NCBI RefSeq assembly: GCF_030682035.1
Contig: NZ_JAUXQZ010000031.1
Span: 20,991 to 84,990, forward strand
DNA: 64,000 nt
Reading direction: 5' to 3'
DNA from: Brevundimonas sp.
GTDB taxonomy: Bacteria > Pseudomonadota > Alphaproteobacteria > Caulobacterales > Caulobacteraceae
Shown here: positions 28,971 to 38,337 of the stretch, one piece after another
How positions within the stretch are numbered: the first letter of the stretch is position 1
How the letters are laid out: every line of letters starts with the position of its first letter
Made by a program: the position numbers and the translations under genes
Notes under the pieces: generated by a model
Told to the model about the DNA's origin: nothing
Seen by the model: the letters and a program-made list of their open reading frames with translations, nothing else
Database searches by the model: none

Positions 28971-30401
28971 ATGAAACGATCCCGGCGCGCCCGTATCGTC
29001 GCGACCCTGGGACCCGCCAGCCGGGCACCCGGCATGGTCAAGGCCCTGGCCCAGGCCGGGGTCGATGTCTTCCGTCTGAATTTCAGTCACGGCACGCATG
29101 AGGATCACGCCGCGGCGCTGAAGGCCGTGCGCGGGGCGGAACTGGCGCTTAAACGGCCGCTGGGGGTGCTGGCCGACCTGCAGGGGCCCAAGCTGCGCCT
29201 CGGCAAGTTCAAGGATGTCGAGATCGACATCAAGCCGGGCCATAAAATGCGTTTCGACCTCGATGCGACGCCCGGCGACGCGACGCGGGTGCAGATGCCG
29301 CATCCGGAAATCTTCAAGGCCCTGCGCACCGGCATGCTGCTGCTGCTCGACGACGGCCGGGTGCGGCTGCGGGTCAATGAACGCGCCGACGATTGGGCCG
29401 ATGTCACGGTCGAGAGCGGCTCCAAACTGTCGGACCGCAAGGGCGTCGCCGTGCCCGAGGCGGTCGTGCCGGTCTCGGCCCTGACGCCCAAGGACCGCGA
29501 GGACCTGGCCTTCGCCCTGCGCATCGGCGTCGACTGGGTGGCGCTGAGCTTCGTGCAGAAGGCCGAGGACATGGCCGAGCTGAAGCAGATCGTGAAGGGC
29601 CGCGCCGCCTGTCTGGCCAAGATCGAAAAGCCCCAGGCGCTGCTCGAGCTGGAGAGCATCCTCGACTACTGCGACGGGGTCATGGTGGCGCGCGGCGATC
29701 TGGGCGTGGAGTTGGAGCCGGAGGAGGTTCCGGTGGCCCAGAAACAGATCATCCGCGCCGCCCGCCAGCGCGGGGTGCCGGTGATCGTGGCCACCCAGAT
29801 GCTGGAGTCGATGACCGCGTCACCGGCTCCGACCCGGGCCGAGGCGTCGGACGTGGCCAACGCCGCCTATGAGGGCGCCGACGCCCTGATGCTGTCGGCC
29901 GAGACGGCCTCGGGCGACTATCCGCTGGAATCGGTCGGGGTGATGAGCCGGATCATCGAACGGGTCGAAAAGGACCCGATGTGGCCCAGCCTGATGGATG
30001 CTGAACACGCCGGCATGGATGATTTTGACGCCGACGCCCTGGTGGCCGCCGCGCGCAAGGCGGCGGAGGCCCAGTCGACGGCCTGTATCGTGGTCTTCAC
30101 CACCTTGGGCGGGACGGCGCGGCGGATGGCGCGCGAGCGGCCGTTGCAACCGGTGCTGGCCCTGACCCCCAAGCCCGAGACGGCGCGGCGGCTGGCGCTG
30201 GTGTGGGGGCTGGAGACACGGCTGGGCAAGGAGCCGACTTCGCTGGAGGACGTCACCGAGGACGCCGTCAACTGCGCGGTCGAATACGACATGGCGCAAC
30301 CGGGCCAGCGCATCCTGATCCTCGCCGGAACGCCCTTCGGCGCGCCGGGGGCTGCGAATCTGCTGCGACTGGCCCATGCTCCGGCGAAGGCGAAGCGCTG
30401 A
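28971..30401 (+). CDS. pyk: Pyruvate kinase
   Basis: IVATLGP, RLNFSHG, AKIE, MVARGDLGVE, ATQMLESM. Confidence 0.98.
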   Translation: MKRSRRARIVATLGPASRAPGMVKALAQAGVDVFRLNFSHGTHEDHAAALKAVRGAELALKRPLGVLADLQGPKLRLGKFKDVEIDIKPGHKMRFDLDATPGDATRVQMPHPEIFKALRTGMLLLLDDGRVRLRVNERADDWADVTVESGSKLSDRKGVAVPEAVVPVSALTPKDREDLAFALRIGVDWVALSFVQKAEDMAELKQIVKGRAACLAKIEKPQALLELESILDYCDGVMVARGDLGVELEPEEVPVAQKQIIRAARQRGVPVIVATQMLESMTASPAPTRAEASDVANAAYEGADALMLSAETASGDYPLESVGVMSRIIERVEKDPMWPSLMDAEHAGMDDFDADALVAAARKAAEAQSTACIVVFTTLGGTARRMARERPLQPVLALTPKPETARRLALVWGLETRLGKEPTSLEDVTEDAVNCAVEYDMAQPGQRILILAGTPFGAPGAANLLRLAHAPAKAKR

Positions 30402-30407
30402 GGGGTT

Positions 30408-30454
30408 CCCCCTCCACCGCTTCGCGGTCCCCCTCCCCCTGAGGGGGAGGAGAC
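30408..30454. repeat. Single arm of a palindromic intergenic repeat (REP/CIR-like, family A)
   Basis: CCCCTCCACCGCTTCGCGGTCCCCCTCCCCCTGAGGGGGAGGAGAC, similar to the arms at 40284-40416 and 45631-45748. Confidence 0.85.
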
Positions 30455-30461
30455 GGTCGGC

Positions 30462-31502
30462 ATGATCAAATATATCGGCTCGAAGCGTGCGCTGCTGACC
30501 CAGATCGCGACCGCGATCCGCGGGCGGCTACCCGACGGGGGGACGGTCTGCGACCTGTTCTCCGGCTCCGCCCGGGTCGGCCATGCGCTGAAGGGGTCTG
30601 GCTACCGGGTCTGGTCGAACGATCACAACGCCTATGCCCACATCCTCGCCACCGCCTATGTGCAAGCCGACCGCGAACGCTGGCTGGAGCGGGCCGAGGC
30701 GGTGCTGGCGGAACTGCGTACGGTGACGCCGCAGGCCGGCTGGTTCACCAAGGCCTTCTGCGAGGACGCCCGCTATTTCACGCCTGAGAACGGCGCCGCA
30801 ATCGACGCCACGCGCGACCGGATCGCGGCCCTGGCGCTGGAGCCGGAGCTGGAGGCCGTCGCCCTGGTCAGCCTGATGGAGGCCGCCGACCGGGTAGATT
30901 CCACGGCCGGCCTGCAGATGGCTTACATGAAGCAATGGGCGGCGCGGGCGCTCAAACCCCTCGAACTGCGGATGCCCGACATCCTGCCGGGCGTGGCGGG
31001 CGGGCCGTGCAAGGCGACGCGTCGGGACGCGGTCGAACTGGCGCCCGAGGTCGAGGCCGACCTCGTCTATCTGGATCCGCCCTACAACCAGCATTCCTAT
31101 CTCGGCAACTACCATTGCTGGGAGAGTCTGATCCTGTGGGACCGGCCGGAAACCTACGGGATCGCCAACAAGCGGATCGATGTCCGCACCCGCAAGAGCG
31201 CCTTCAACAGCAAGCCCGGCATCGCCCCGGCCCTGCGGGCGGTGATCGAGGGGCTGAAGGCCCCGAACCTGATCGTCTCGTTCAACGATGAGGGCTACCT
31301 GGGCCGCGACCAGCTGGTTGAGATGCTGTCGGGCCGGGGGGAAGTGCAGGTCATCGAGATCGCTCGTCCCCGGTACGTCGGCGCCCGCATCGGCATCCAC
31401 AATCCCAAGGGCGAAAAGGTCGGGGCGGTGGGTCGGCTGAGGAACGTCGAATATCTGTTCGTGGTCAGCGAACGGCCGGTCAGCCTGGCGGACGCGGCCT
31501 GA
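30462..31502 (+). CDS. Solitary N6-adenine DNA methyltransferase (D12 class)
   Basis: YIGSK, DLFSGS (motif I), YLDPPY (motif IV); no adjacent endonuclease. Confidence 0.9.
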   Translation: MIKYIGSKRALLTQIATAIRGRLPDGGTVCDLFSGSARVGHALKGSGYRVWSNDHNAYAHILATAYVQADRERWLERAEAVLAELRTVTPQAGWFTKAFCEDARYFTPENGAAIDATRDRIAALALEPELEAVALVSLMEAADRVDSTAGLQMAYMKQWAARALKPLELRMPDILPGVAGGPCKATRRDAVELAPEVEADLVYLDPPYNQHSYLGNYHCWESLILWDRPETYGIANKRIDVRTRKSAFNSKPGIAPALRAVIEGLKAPNLIVSFNDEGYLGRDQLVEMLSGRGEVQVIEIARPRYVGARIGIHNPKGEKVGAVGRLRNVEYLFVVSERPVSLADAA

Positions 31503-31506
31503 TCCG

Positions 31507-31531
31507 GGAACGGGTGTTTGATGAGGCCGTT
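31507..31531 (+). promoter_or_regulatory. Sigma-EcfG/sigma-T general stress promoter (GGAAC-N16-CGTT)
   Basis: Exact consensus match; ATG at 31540 follows 8 nt later. Confidence 0.65.
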
Positions 31532-31539
31532 AGGTGGGC

Positions 31540-31800
31540 ATGGAAATGTCGCCCATGCAGTCCGCCCGTCGTCTTGAAGGCGTCCGCGCCTATGGTCGCA
31601 CCGTCGATGCCTTTGATACCGTGGCCTGGCGTCCGCCGTCGACGGCCCGGTTCGATACGCGGCTGGCCAACGATCCGGCGGTGCCTGAACCGACGCTGAA
31701 GGAGCTGATCGCCGCGCTGCCGGGCTGGGTGACCGTGGTCGCGGGCGGTCTGATCGCGGCCCTGATGGGTGCCCTTCTGGGCGGGGCGCTCGCGGTCTAG
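31540..31800 (+). CDS. Small protein with C-terminal TM helix
   Basis: 86 aa ending in hydrophobic [24 protein letters not shown]. Confidence 0.7.
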   Translation: MEMSPMQSARRLEGVRAYGRTVDAFDTVAWRPPSTARFDTRLANDPAVPEPTLKELIAALPGWVTVVAGGLIAALMGALLGGALAV

Positions 31801-32465
31801 ATTTCCAGCAGGGCCCGGATCGGGGCCCAGCTGCGGCGATGCGCGGGGCAGGGGCCGAGCGCCTTCAGGGCGGCGGAATGCACCGGTGCGTTGTAGCCCT
31901 TGTGGCCGGCGAAGCCGTAGCCGGGATACTCCGCGTCCAGTTCCACCATAAGCCGGTCCCGCGCCGTCTTGGCCAGGATCGAGGCCGCGGCGATCGACAG
32001 GGACAGGCCGTCCCCGCCGACCACGGTTCGCACCTCGCACGGCAGTTTGAAGCGGTAGTTGCCATCCACCAGCGCCGCGACCGGCTGGACCGACAGCGCC
32101 TCGATCGCCCGGCACATGGCGAGGCCCGTCGCATGCAGGATGTTCAGCTCCGCGATCTCCTCGACCGAGGCGGAACCGACGCCCCAGGCGACGGCGCGGG
32201 CCTTGATCTCGATCTCGAGCGCCTCGCGCCGGGCGTGGGTCAGGGCCTTGGAGTCGTCGATGCCCTCAGGCAGGTCGTCGGGGTTGAGGATCACCGCCCC
32301 CGCCGATACCGGCCCGGCCCACGGCCCGCGCCCGGCCTCGTCGACGCCGCAGACGGGTCCGCCGCTGGCCTGGATCAGAAGGATTTCAAGACCCAGCGTC
32401 GGGAAGACGCGCGCGACCTTGGCCGGAGGTTTTGCTTTTGCGGGTCTTTTGGGAGTGGTGGTCAC
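31797..32465 (-). CDS. rnhB: Ribonuclease HII
   Basis: [26 protein letters not shown]; GTG start overlaps the tag stop. Confidence 0.96.
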   Translation of the reverse strand: MTTTPKRPAKAKPPAKVARVFPTLGLEILLIQASGGPVCGVDEAGRGPWAGPVSAGAVILNPDDLPEGIDDSKALTHARREALEIEIKARAVAWGVGSASVEEIAELNILHATGLAMCRAIEALSVQPVAALVDGNYRFKLPCEVRTVVGGDGLSLSIAAASILAKTARDRLMVELDAEYPGYGFAGHKGYNAPVHSAALKALGPCPAHRRSWAPIRALLEI

Positions 32466-33049
32466 GACCCGGCCATCGCACGAACCTGCCGGTGACGGAA
32501 GCATTCGACGCCGTGGTCGTTGACCATGCCCACAGCCTGCATGAAGGCATAGACTATCACGGGACCGCAGAAGGTGAAGCCGCGCTTCTTCAGCGCCTTG
32601 GCCATGGCTTCGGACGCGGGCGTAGCGACGGGCCGGGCGCCGCTGTCGGTCCATGCGTTCTGGATCGGGGCGCCGCCCACGAAGGACCAGAGCCACGCGC
32701 TGAAGTCCTCGCCGTTGTCGCGCATCTCGAGCCAGATTCGCGCGCCCATGATGGCGCTGTTGATCTTGGCCCGCGAGCGGATGATACGGGCTTCTCCCAG
32801 CAGCCGCTCGATGTCGGCTTCGCCGTAGCGGGCGATCGTCTCCGGCTCGAAACCGTCGAAGGCGTCGCGCATGCCCTCGCGCTTCCTCAGGATGGTGATC
32901 CAGGCCAGACCCGCCTGGAAGCCGTCCAGAACCAGCTTCTCCCACAGGGCGCGGGCGTCATACTCGGGCACGCCCCATTCCTCGTCGTGATAGGCGACGT
33001 ACAGCGGATCGGTCCCGCACCAGGCGCAGCGGTGGAGTGAGTCGAGCAT
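32462..33049 (-). CDS. tag: DNA-3-methyladenine glycosylase I
   Basis: [27 protein letters not shown]...C. Confidence 0.96.
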   Translation of the reverse strand: MLDSLHRCAWCGTDPLYVAYHDEEWGVPEYDARALWEKLVLDGFQAGLAWITILRKREGMRDAFDGFEPETIARYGEADIERLLGEARIIRSRAKINSAIMGARIWLEMRDNGEDFSAWLWSFVGGAPIQNAWTDSGARPVATPASEAMAKALKKRGFTFCGPVIVYAFMQAVGMVNDHGVECFRHRQVRAMAGS

Positions 33050-33074
33050 GAGGGCAGCGTAGCGGATCGGGCGC

Positions 33075-33105
33075 AAAAAAGGGGCCGCCCCCGGAGGCGC
33101 GGCCC
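33075..33105 (-). terminator. Rho-independent terminator
   Basis: GC-rich hairpin followed by T6 on the minus strand. Confidence 0.7.
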
Positions 33106-33128
33106 TGATCTTCGGTTGGTTCGGCCGA

Positions 33129-33482
33129 TCAACCGGCGCTGTAGCGATACTCGGTGATCTGGCAGACGTTGATGCGGTAGCGCTCCAGCTCGTCGCCGTC
33201 GGCGAAGCGGGCCTTGAAGTCATAGATGCAGGCGCCCGAACCGTCGTCGATGTTGATCCGGACCGAGGCGCCGGCCAGCAGCACGTCCTGTCCGAGGATG
33301 TCTTCCTGCCAATCGTCCTCGCCCGAGCTCGAGGCGTAGAAATGGGTCATGGTGACGCCGGTGGCGTTGATGATGCGAACACGACGGTCCTGGCCATCGT
33401 TGGACTGGAAGCCCATCGTCCCGAAAGCGACAGCCGATATGGCGGTCGCCAGTACGGCGCGGCGTGCGAGAGCCTTGAACAT
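33129..33482 (-). CDS. Small exported protein of unknown function
   Basis: Signal peptide, WQEDILG, C-IYD and NVC cysteine pair. Confidence 0.8.
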   Translation of the reverse strand: MFKALARRAVLATAISAVAFGTMGFQSNDGQDRRVRIINATGVTMTHFYASSSGEDDWQEDILGQDVLLAGASVRINIDDGSGACIYDFKARFADGDELERYRINVCQITEYRYSAG

Positions 33483-33600
33483 ATTACTGATCCTTTGAGA
33501 GATGCGCCCCCTGCGCCCTTCCTGCGTATCACCGATGGGTGAACCGCGTCGAGAAGATGGCGCAATAATTCGACTGGCGCTGAAAATCCTTGAATCGCCG

Positions 33601-34251
33601 TCAGCCCATTTCGGCGAACGCCCGTACCGGAAATGTTCCGAACGCCTTGACCTTCGGCGGGGCGGCGGTGAAGCGGAATCCGGCGTCAGGCAGCAACTCC
33701 AGGCCGCGCATATGTTCGCAGATCGGGATGCCGGCGCCGAGCAGAAGTGTGTGCGTCGGCCGGGTGCGGGTGCGGGTGTCGTCGATATTGTGGGAGTCGA
33801 TGCCCACCAGCGCCGCGCCGGCTTCGACCAGCAGGGCGGCCGCGGCTTCGGTCAAGAAGGGGTGGTCCTCAAAATAGGCCTCGGTGCGCCAATGACGGGC
33901 CCAGCCGGTGTGGACCAGCACGGCCTTGCCGCACACGTCCAAATCGGCGAACCGGTTGGCGTCGATCGCTTGAACGTCAGGGACGCGGACCACGAGGCCG
34001 GGCAGGGCGGCGACGCGCTCGAGGCCGACGTCGCTCAGATCCTCGCCGTCGGCGTAGCGGTGAAAGGGCGTGTCCAGATAGGTGCCGGTGTTGCCGACCA
34101 TTTCGATGCGCCCGATCTGGAATTCGGTTCCGGCGTCGTAGTTGGCGCGTGAGGCCTCGCGGCTCAGATGGTCGCAGACCAGCGGCGCGGGCAGGCCTTT
34201 GTAGGTGATCATGCCGTCCTCGATGGTGTGGCTGAGGTCGATCAGCGGCAT
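33601..34251 (-). CDS. Cyclase family protein (kynurenine formamidase-like)
   Basis: IDLSH, NTGTYLDTPFH, LVGIDS, PVRAFA; ATG at 34251. Confidence 0.9.
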   Translation of the reverse strand: MPLIDLSHTIEDGMITYKGLPAPLVCDHLSREASRANYDAGTEFQIGRIEMVGNTGTYLDTPFHRYADGEDLSDVGLERVAALPGLVVRVPDVQAIDANRFADLDVCGKAVLVHTGWARHWRTEAYFEDHPFLTEAAAALLVEAGAALVGIDSHNIDDTRTRTRPTHTLLLGAGIPICEHMRGLELLPDAGFRFTAAPPKVKAFGTFPVRAFAEMG

Positions 34252-34374
34252 GCGGGGGCTCCCTGACTGGAAAACCCGATGATGATGGCCCCGTCGGCCG
34301 GGGTCAAAGCGCAATCGGACTGGACAAGTCATGGCCAAGCCTGAACAACCGTATCTCCCATAAGGAGGATTTCC

Positions 34375-34602
34375 ATGCGTATCGCCCTGTTCGCCGCTGC
34401 CGCGGCCGCCCTTGCCCTGACGGCCTGCTCGCCGAAGACTGAAGAGAACGCCGCCGCTACCGCGGACGCGGCCGGCGAGACGGTCGCCTCGGCCGCCAAC
34501 GACACCGCCGCCAACGTCGACGCGGCGGCCGACAATACCGCCGTTGCAACCAACCAGGCGGCCGAGAATGTCGACGCCGCCATCAAGACTCCCGCCGAGT
34601 AA
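34375..34602 (+). CDS. Small Ala/Asn-rich lipoprotein
   Basis: TAAGGAGG RBS, lipobox LTAC, low-complexity body, own terminator. Confidence 0.88.
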   Translation: MRIALFAAAAAALALTACSPKTEENAAATADAAGETVASAANDTAANVDAAADNTAVATNQAAENVDAAIKTPAE

Positions 34603-34623
34603 TCGACCCACGACCACAAAGAG

Positions 34624-34655
34624 ACGCGCCCGAAGTCCGCTTCGGGCGCGTTTTT
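34624..34655 (+). terminator. Rho-independent terminator
   Basis: ACGCGCCCGAAG-loop-CTTCGGGCGCGT followed by a T-tract. Confidence 0.85.
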
Positions 34656-34659
34656 CGTT

Positions 34660-35448
34660 CTAGGGGCCGGACCAGTCCGGCCGCCGGACCTTGACCCGCC
34701 GCCCATCGGCGGTCAGGTCGCCCCCGATCCGGTCGAGCCGCAGCAGGGCCATGGCTGCGCCGTCGCGCCCGCTGAGCACCTCGCCGGCGCGCAGCTCGCC
34801 GTTGAGCACCTCGGCCCCGAAGGGGAGCAGGGGGCCGTCAAAGGCGAGGGGCAGCATGCGGGTCTTGATCGCCCCCCGCCGCTTCATGCGCGAGGTGGTC
34901 TCCTGGCCGACGAAACAGCCCTTCTGGAAGTCGATGCCGTTCAGCAGGTCGAAATTCGCCTCGATTGGAAAGGTCCTGTCGGACGGGCAGTCGGCGGCAG
35001 GCTCGGGGACGCCGACGGACAGACGGTGAGCCTGATAGTCGTCCTCGGTCGCGTCTGTTGCGACGCCGTCGCCATAGCGCCGCCCTCCGAGAGCGGGGAC
35101 GCGCGGGTCGGCGGTGAAACCATCGGCCGCGCCGCTCCAGGCCGCGAAGACGGGGCGGTCGTCCGCCTCGACCGCGACCTGGGCCCGCAGCCGATACATG
35201 GCCAGCCGCTGTAGCAGCGCGTCGCGCCGGTCGGCGGCGACATCGAGCACGACGGCGTCCGCCTCGCCCCACAGAAACAGGTCGAACAGCAGCCGCCCCG
35301 GCGGGGAGAGCAGGGCGCCGAAGCGCAGGTCGCCGGGGGTGAGGGTCTCGACGTCCTGGGTGAGCAGAGTGTGCAGGAAGGGGCGGGCGTCCGGGCCCGA
35401 GACCCGGATCAGGGCGCGGCTCTCGAGGTGGGCTATACGGGCGGTCAT
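34660..35448 (-). CDS. ygfZ: Folate-binding Fe-S maturation protein YgfZ
   Basis: KGCFVGQE motif. Confidence 0.93.
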   Translation of the reverse strand: MTARIAHLESRALIRVSGPDARPFLHTLLTQDVETLTPGDLRFGALLSPPGRLLFDLFLWGEADAVVLDVAADRRDALLQRLAMYRLRAQVAVEADDRPVFAAWSGAADGFTADPRVPALGGRRYGDGVATDATEDDYQAHRLSVGVPEPAADCPSDRTFPIEANFDLLNGIDFQKGCFVGQETTSRMKRRGAIKTRMLPLAFDGPLLPFGAEVLNGELRAGEVLSGRDGAAMALLRLDRIGGDLTADGRRVKVRRPDWSGP

Positions 35449-35479
35449 GGGGTCTAGATAGGGTGCCGCGGCTCCGTTC

Positions 35480-35918
35480 CTACAGGCACGTGCCCCAAGT
35501 TGGTGCGGCGGGACGGGCGACCAACGCATCAATACCGGTTCTCAACTCGACCGGATCGACCCGGCCCAGATGTTCGAACATCTCCAAGGCGTCACCCCGG
35601 CAGAGTTCCGCTTCAGGTGCGCCGACGTGGGCCTGTTCTGATTTGAACTGCGCGATCTGCTCGGGCGTGAGCTCCGAATTGGCCTGGACGTAGTCGTCCA
35701 ACCTTTGGACGGTCCGGCGCAGCTCCGCCTGTGCCTCCGGGTAACGGTCCGGGGGCGCAGCGGCGCCCGACCTCCTCGACCAGACTGTAGATGGCCCAAG
35801 CGCAGATGACGCCCTCGCCGGGAGGGGCTTCATGCGCAACTTGGGGAGTAGGCGAGGCGAATGCCGCGCACATCAACAGGGTGAGTGCGCCAGCTGTCCA
35901 GACAGATCGAACTTTCAT
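35480..35918 (-). pseudogene. Exported hypothetical protein with one apparent extra base
   Basis: GAGGGAG RBS and signal peptide MKVRSVWTAGALTLLMCAAFA; frame shifts at the G5 run 35751-35755 into DRYPEAQAEL...PTWGTCL; span is 439 nt (3n+1). Confidence 0.7.
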
Positions 35919-36013
35919 GGAATCTCCCTCGTCCACAGCGAACTTACGCATATGTCGCGGGAACGCGACCCCGGCGACGCTGACAGACCGAGAATCCGTA
36001 TACGGTCCAATCC

Positions 36014-36973
36014 ATGGCCGGACGGTTCCCCATCCTCTACATCGCCGAGGCGGACGCGAGCGACGCGATCCTGTCATCGGGGGTGCTCGCCTATATGGTC
36101 GAGGCCATGCCGCAGGCGAGCTTCACGGTTGTCGGATCGCCGAAGAGCGCGGCCCTGTTCGCCGATACGCCGCGGCTGGACCGGCTGATCGTGCTGGAGC
36201 GCGACAGCCGACTGGATTGGTTGGGTTTGTGGAACAAGGTGCGGGAGACGCGTTGGGGGCTGGTCGTCGACATGCGGGGCACTACCCTGTCGGCCAAGCT
36301 GAAGCGGCAGAAGCGGGCCGTGCGCGGCGCTTGGGAGGCCGGGGTCCATGCGGTGGAGCAGGCGGCGCGGGTGCTGCAGCTTGAGGATGTCCCGGGGCCG
36401 AAACTGTTCGTCTCAGAGATCTCGCAGGCGGCCGCGGACGCCCTGATCCCCACGGAAGATGTTCCCCTGCTCGCCATCGGCCCCGGCGCGGACTGGATGG
36501 GCAAGGTCTGGCCGTCGGAACGCTACGCCAAGGTGGCGGTCGCCATGGTCGGCGACGGGGGACCTCTGGAGGGCGGGCGGGTGATCGTGGTCGGCGACGA
36601 CAACGCCCGCGACGCGGCCCACGTCATCCGCCTGTCGCTGCCGCGCAACCGGGTGACCGAGCTTCAGGGCAGGTTGAGCCGGCTGGAGACGGTCGCGGCC
36701 CTCGGGCGGGCGGCGCTCTATGTCGGGGCGGATACGATCTGGACTGACCTGGCCGTGGCCGCCGGGGCACCGGTGGTGGCGGCGTTCGGGCCGTCGGACG
36801 AGGTGGAGCACGGCCCATGGGGGGGGATTGCGGTGCGCGGTCCCCGCTCGGTCGATGAGTTCCGCAAGATCGACCCCAACCTGAATCAGGCCATCCAGCA
36901 CATGAACGACCTGCCGGCAGACCGGGTGCTGAAGGCGGCGACGAAGCTGCTGGCCGAGCGCGCGACGGCCTAG
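36014..36973 (+). CDS. Glycosyltransferase family 9-like protein
   Basis: KVWP, YVGADT, AAFGPSD; degenerate N-terminal motif. Confidence 0.8.
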   Translation: MAGRFPILYIAEADASDAILSSGVLAYMVEAMPQASFTVVGSPKSAALFADTPRLDRLIVLERDSRLDWLGLWNKVRETRWGLVVDMRGTTLSAKLKRQKRAVRGAWEAGVHAVEQAARVLQLEDVPGPKLFVSEISQAAADALIPTEDVPLLAIGPGADWMGKVWPSERYAKVAVAMVGDGGPLEGGRVIVVGDDNARDAAHVIRLSLPRNRVTELQGRLSRLETVAALGRAALYVGADTIWTDLAVAAGAPVVAAFGPSDEVEHGPWGGIAVRGPRSVDEFRKIDPNLNQAIQHMNDLPADRVLKAATKLLAERATA

Positions 36974-37005
36974 ATCGTTCAGGCGCGTAGGGGTATGGGA
37001 CGCGC

Positions 37006-38337
37006 ATGACCCAGACTTACGACCTGATCGTCCGCGGCGGCGAAGTGGCCAATCACGCGGGCCGCGGCATGGCCGATGTCGGCGTGACCGATGGCAGGAT
37101 CGTCTTCATCGGCGACCTGTCGCAGGCTTCGTCGGGTGAGGTGGTGGACGCTCATGGCCTGACCGTCCTGCCCGGCGTCATCGACACCCAGGTCCATTTC
37201 CGCGAGCCTGGGCTGGAGTGGAAGGAGGACCTCGAGAGCGGCTCGCGCGCCGCCGCTCTTGGCGGGGTAACCGCCGTGTTCGAAATGCCGAACACCGAGC
37301 CCTCGACCACCGACCCGGACGCCCTGGCCGACAAGCTGGTCCGCGCCCGCGACCGGATGTGGACGGACCACGCCTTCTACATCGGCGGCACCCACGGCAA
37401 TGCGAAATACCTCGCCGAGCTGGAGCGGCTGCCGGGCTGCTGCGGGGTCAAGGTGTTCATGGGCGCCTCGACGGGGACCCTGCTGGTCGCAGACGACGAC
37501 GGCGTGCGCGAGGTGCTGCGCCATGTGAAGCGGCGCGCCACCTTCCATTCCGAGGATGAGTACCGGCTGGTTGAGCGGCGGCCGCTGGCCCGGCCCGGCG
37601 ACTGGACCAGCCACCCCGAGGTGCGCGACGCCGAGAGCGCGATTCGTTCGACGCGGCGGCTGGTGGGCCTGGCGCGGGAGGTCGGCGCCCGGATCCATGT
37701 GCTGCACGTTTCGACGGCGGAGGAGGTCCGTTTCCTGGCCGATCACAAGGATGTGGCCACCGCCGAGGCGACGCCGCAGCATCTGACCCTGGACGGGGAC
37801 GAGGCCTATGAGCGGCTCAAGGGCTATGCCCAGATGAATCCGCCGATCCGCAACGCGACCCATATCGCGGGCCTGTGGACCGGGATCGAGCAAGGAGTGT
37901 TCGACGTGCTCGGCTCGGACCACGCCCCGCACACGATCGAGGAGAAGGCCAAGCCCTATCCGGCCTCGCCGTCAGGGATGCCGGGCGTTCAGACCCTGGT
38001 GCCAGTGATGCTGACCCATGTCGCCCACGGCCGCCTGAGCCTGGACCGGTTCATCGACCTGACCTCGCACGGGGCCAACCGGGTGTTCGGTATCGCCGGC
38101 AAGGGCCGGATGGCCGAGGGCTATGACGCGGACCTGACGATCGTGGACCTGAAGGCCCGACACGTCATCCGCCATGCGGACATGGCCAGCCGCTGCGGCT
38201 GGACCCCGTTCGACGGCTTTGAGGCGACGGGTAAGGCGGTGGCCACAATCGTGCGCGGCCGGGTGGTGATGAGGGACGGCGCGCTGATCGGCTCGGCCCA
38301 TGGGCGACCGGTGCGGTTTCAGGAGACGCTGGCCTAG
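37006..38337 (+). CDS. pyrC: Dihydroorotase
   Basis: DTQVHFREPG, EMPNT, MNPPIR, SDHAPH. Confidence 0.92.
   Translation: MTQTYDLIVRGGEVANHAGRGMADVGVTDGRIVFIGDLSQASSGEVVDAHGLTVLPGVIDTQVHFREPGLEWKEDLESGSRAAALGGVTAVFEMPNTEPSTTDPDALADKLVRARDRMWTDHAFYIGGTHGNAKYLAELERLPGCCGVKVFMGASTGTLLVADDDGVREVLRHVKRRATFHSEDEYRLVERRPLARPGDWTSHPEVRDAESAIRSTRRLVGLAREVGARIHVLHVSTAEEVRFLADHKDVATAEATPQHLTLDGDEAYERLKGYAQMNPPIRNATHIAGLWTGIEQGVFDVLGSDHAPHTIEEKAKPYPASPSGMPGVQTLVPVMLTHVAHGRLSLDRFIDLTSHGANRVFGIAGKGRMAEGYDADLTIVDLKARHVIRHADMASRCGWTPFDGFEATGKAVATIVRGRVVMRDGALIGSAHGRPVRFQETLA

Noticed and set aside
30462-33049. Methyltransferase, RNase HII and tag as a joint DNA modification or defence system
   Set aside because: rnhB and tag are ordinary repair genes on the opposite strand; nothing links them to the methyltransferase.
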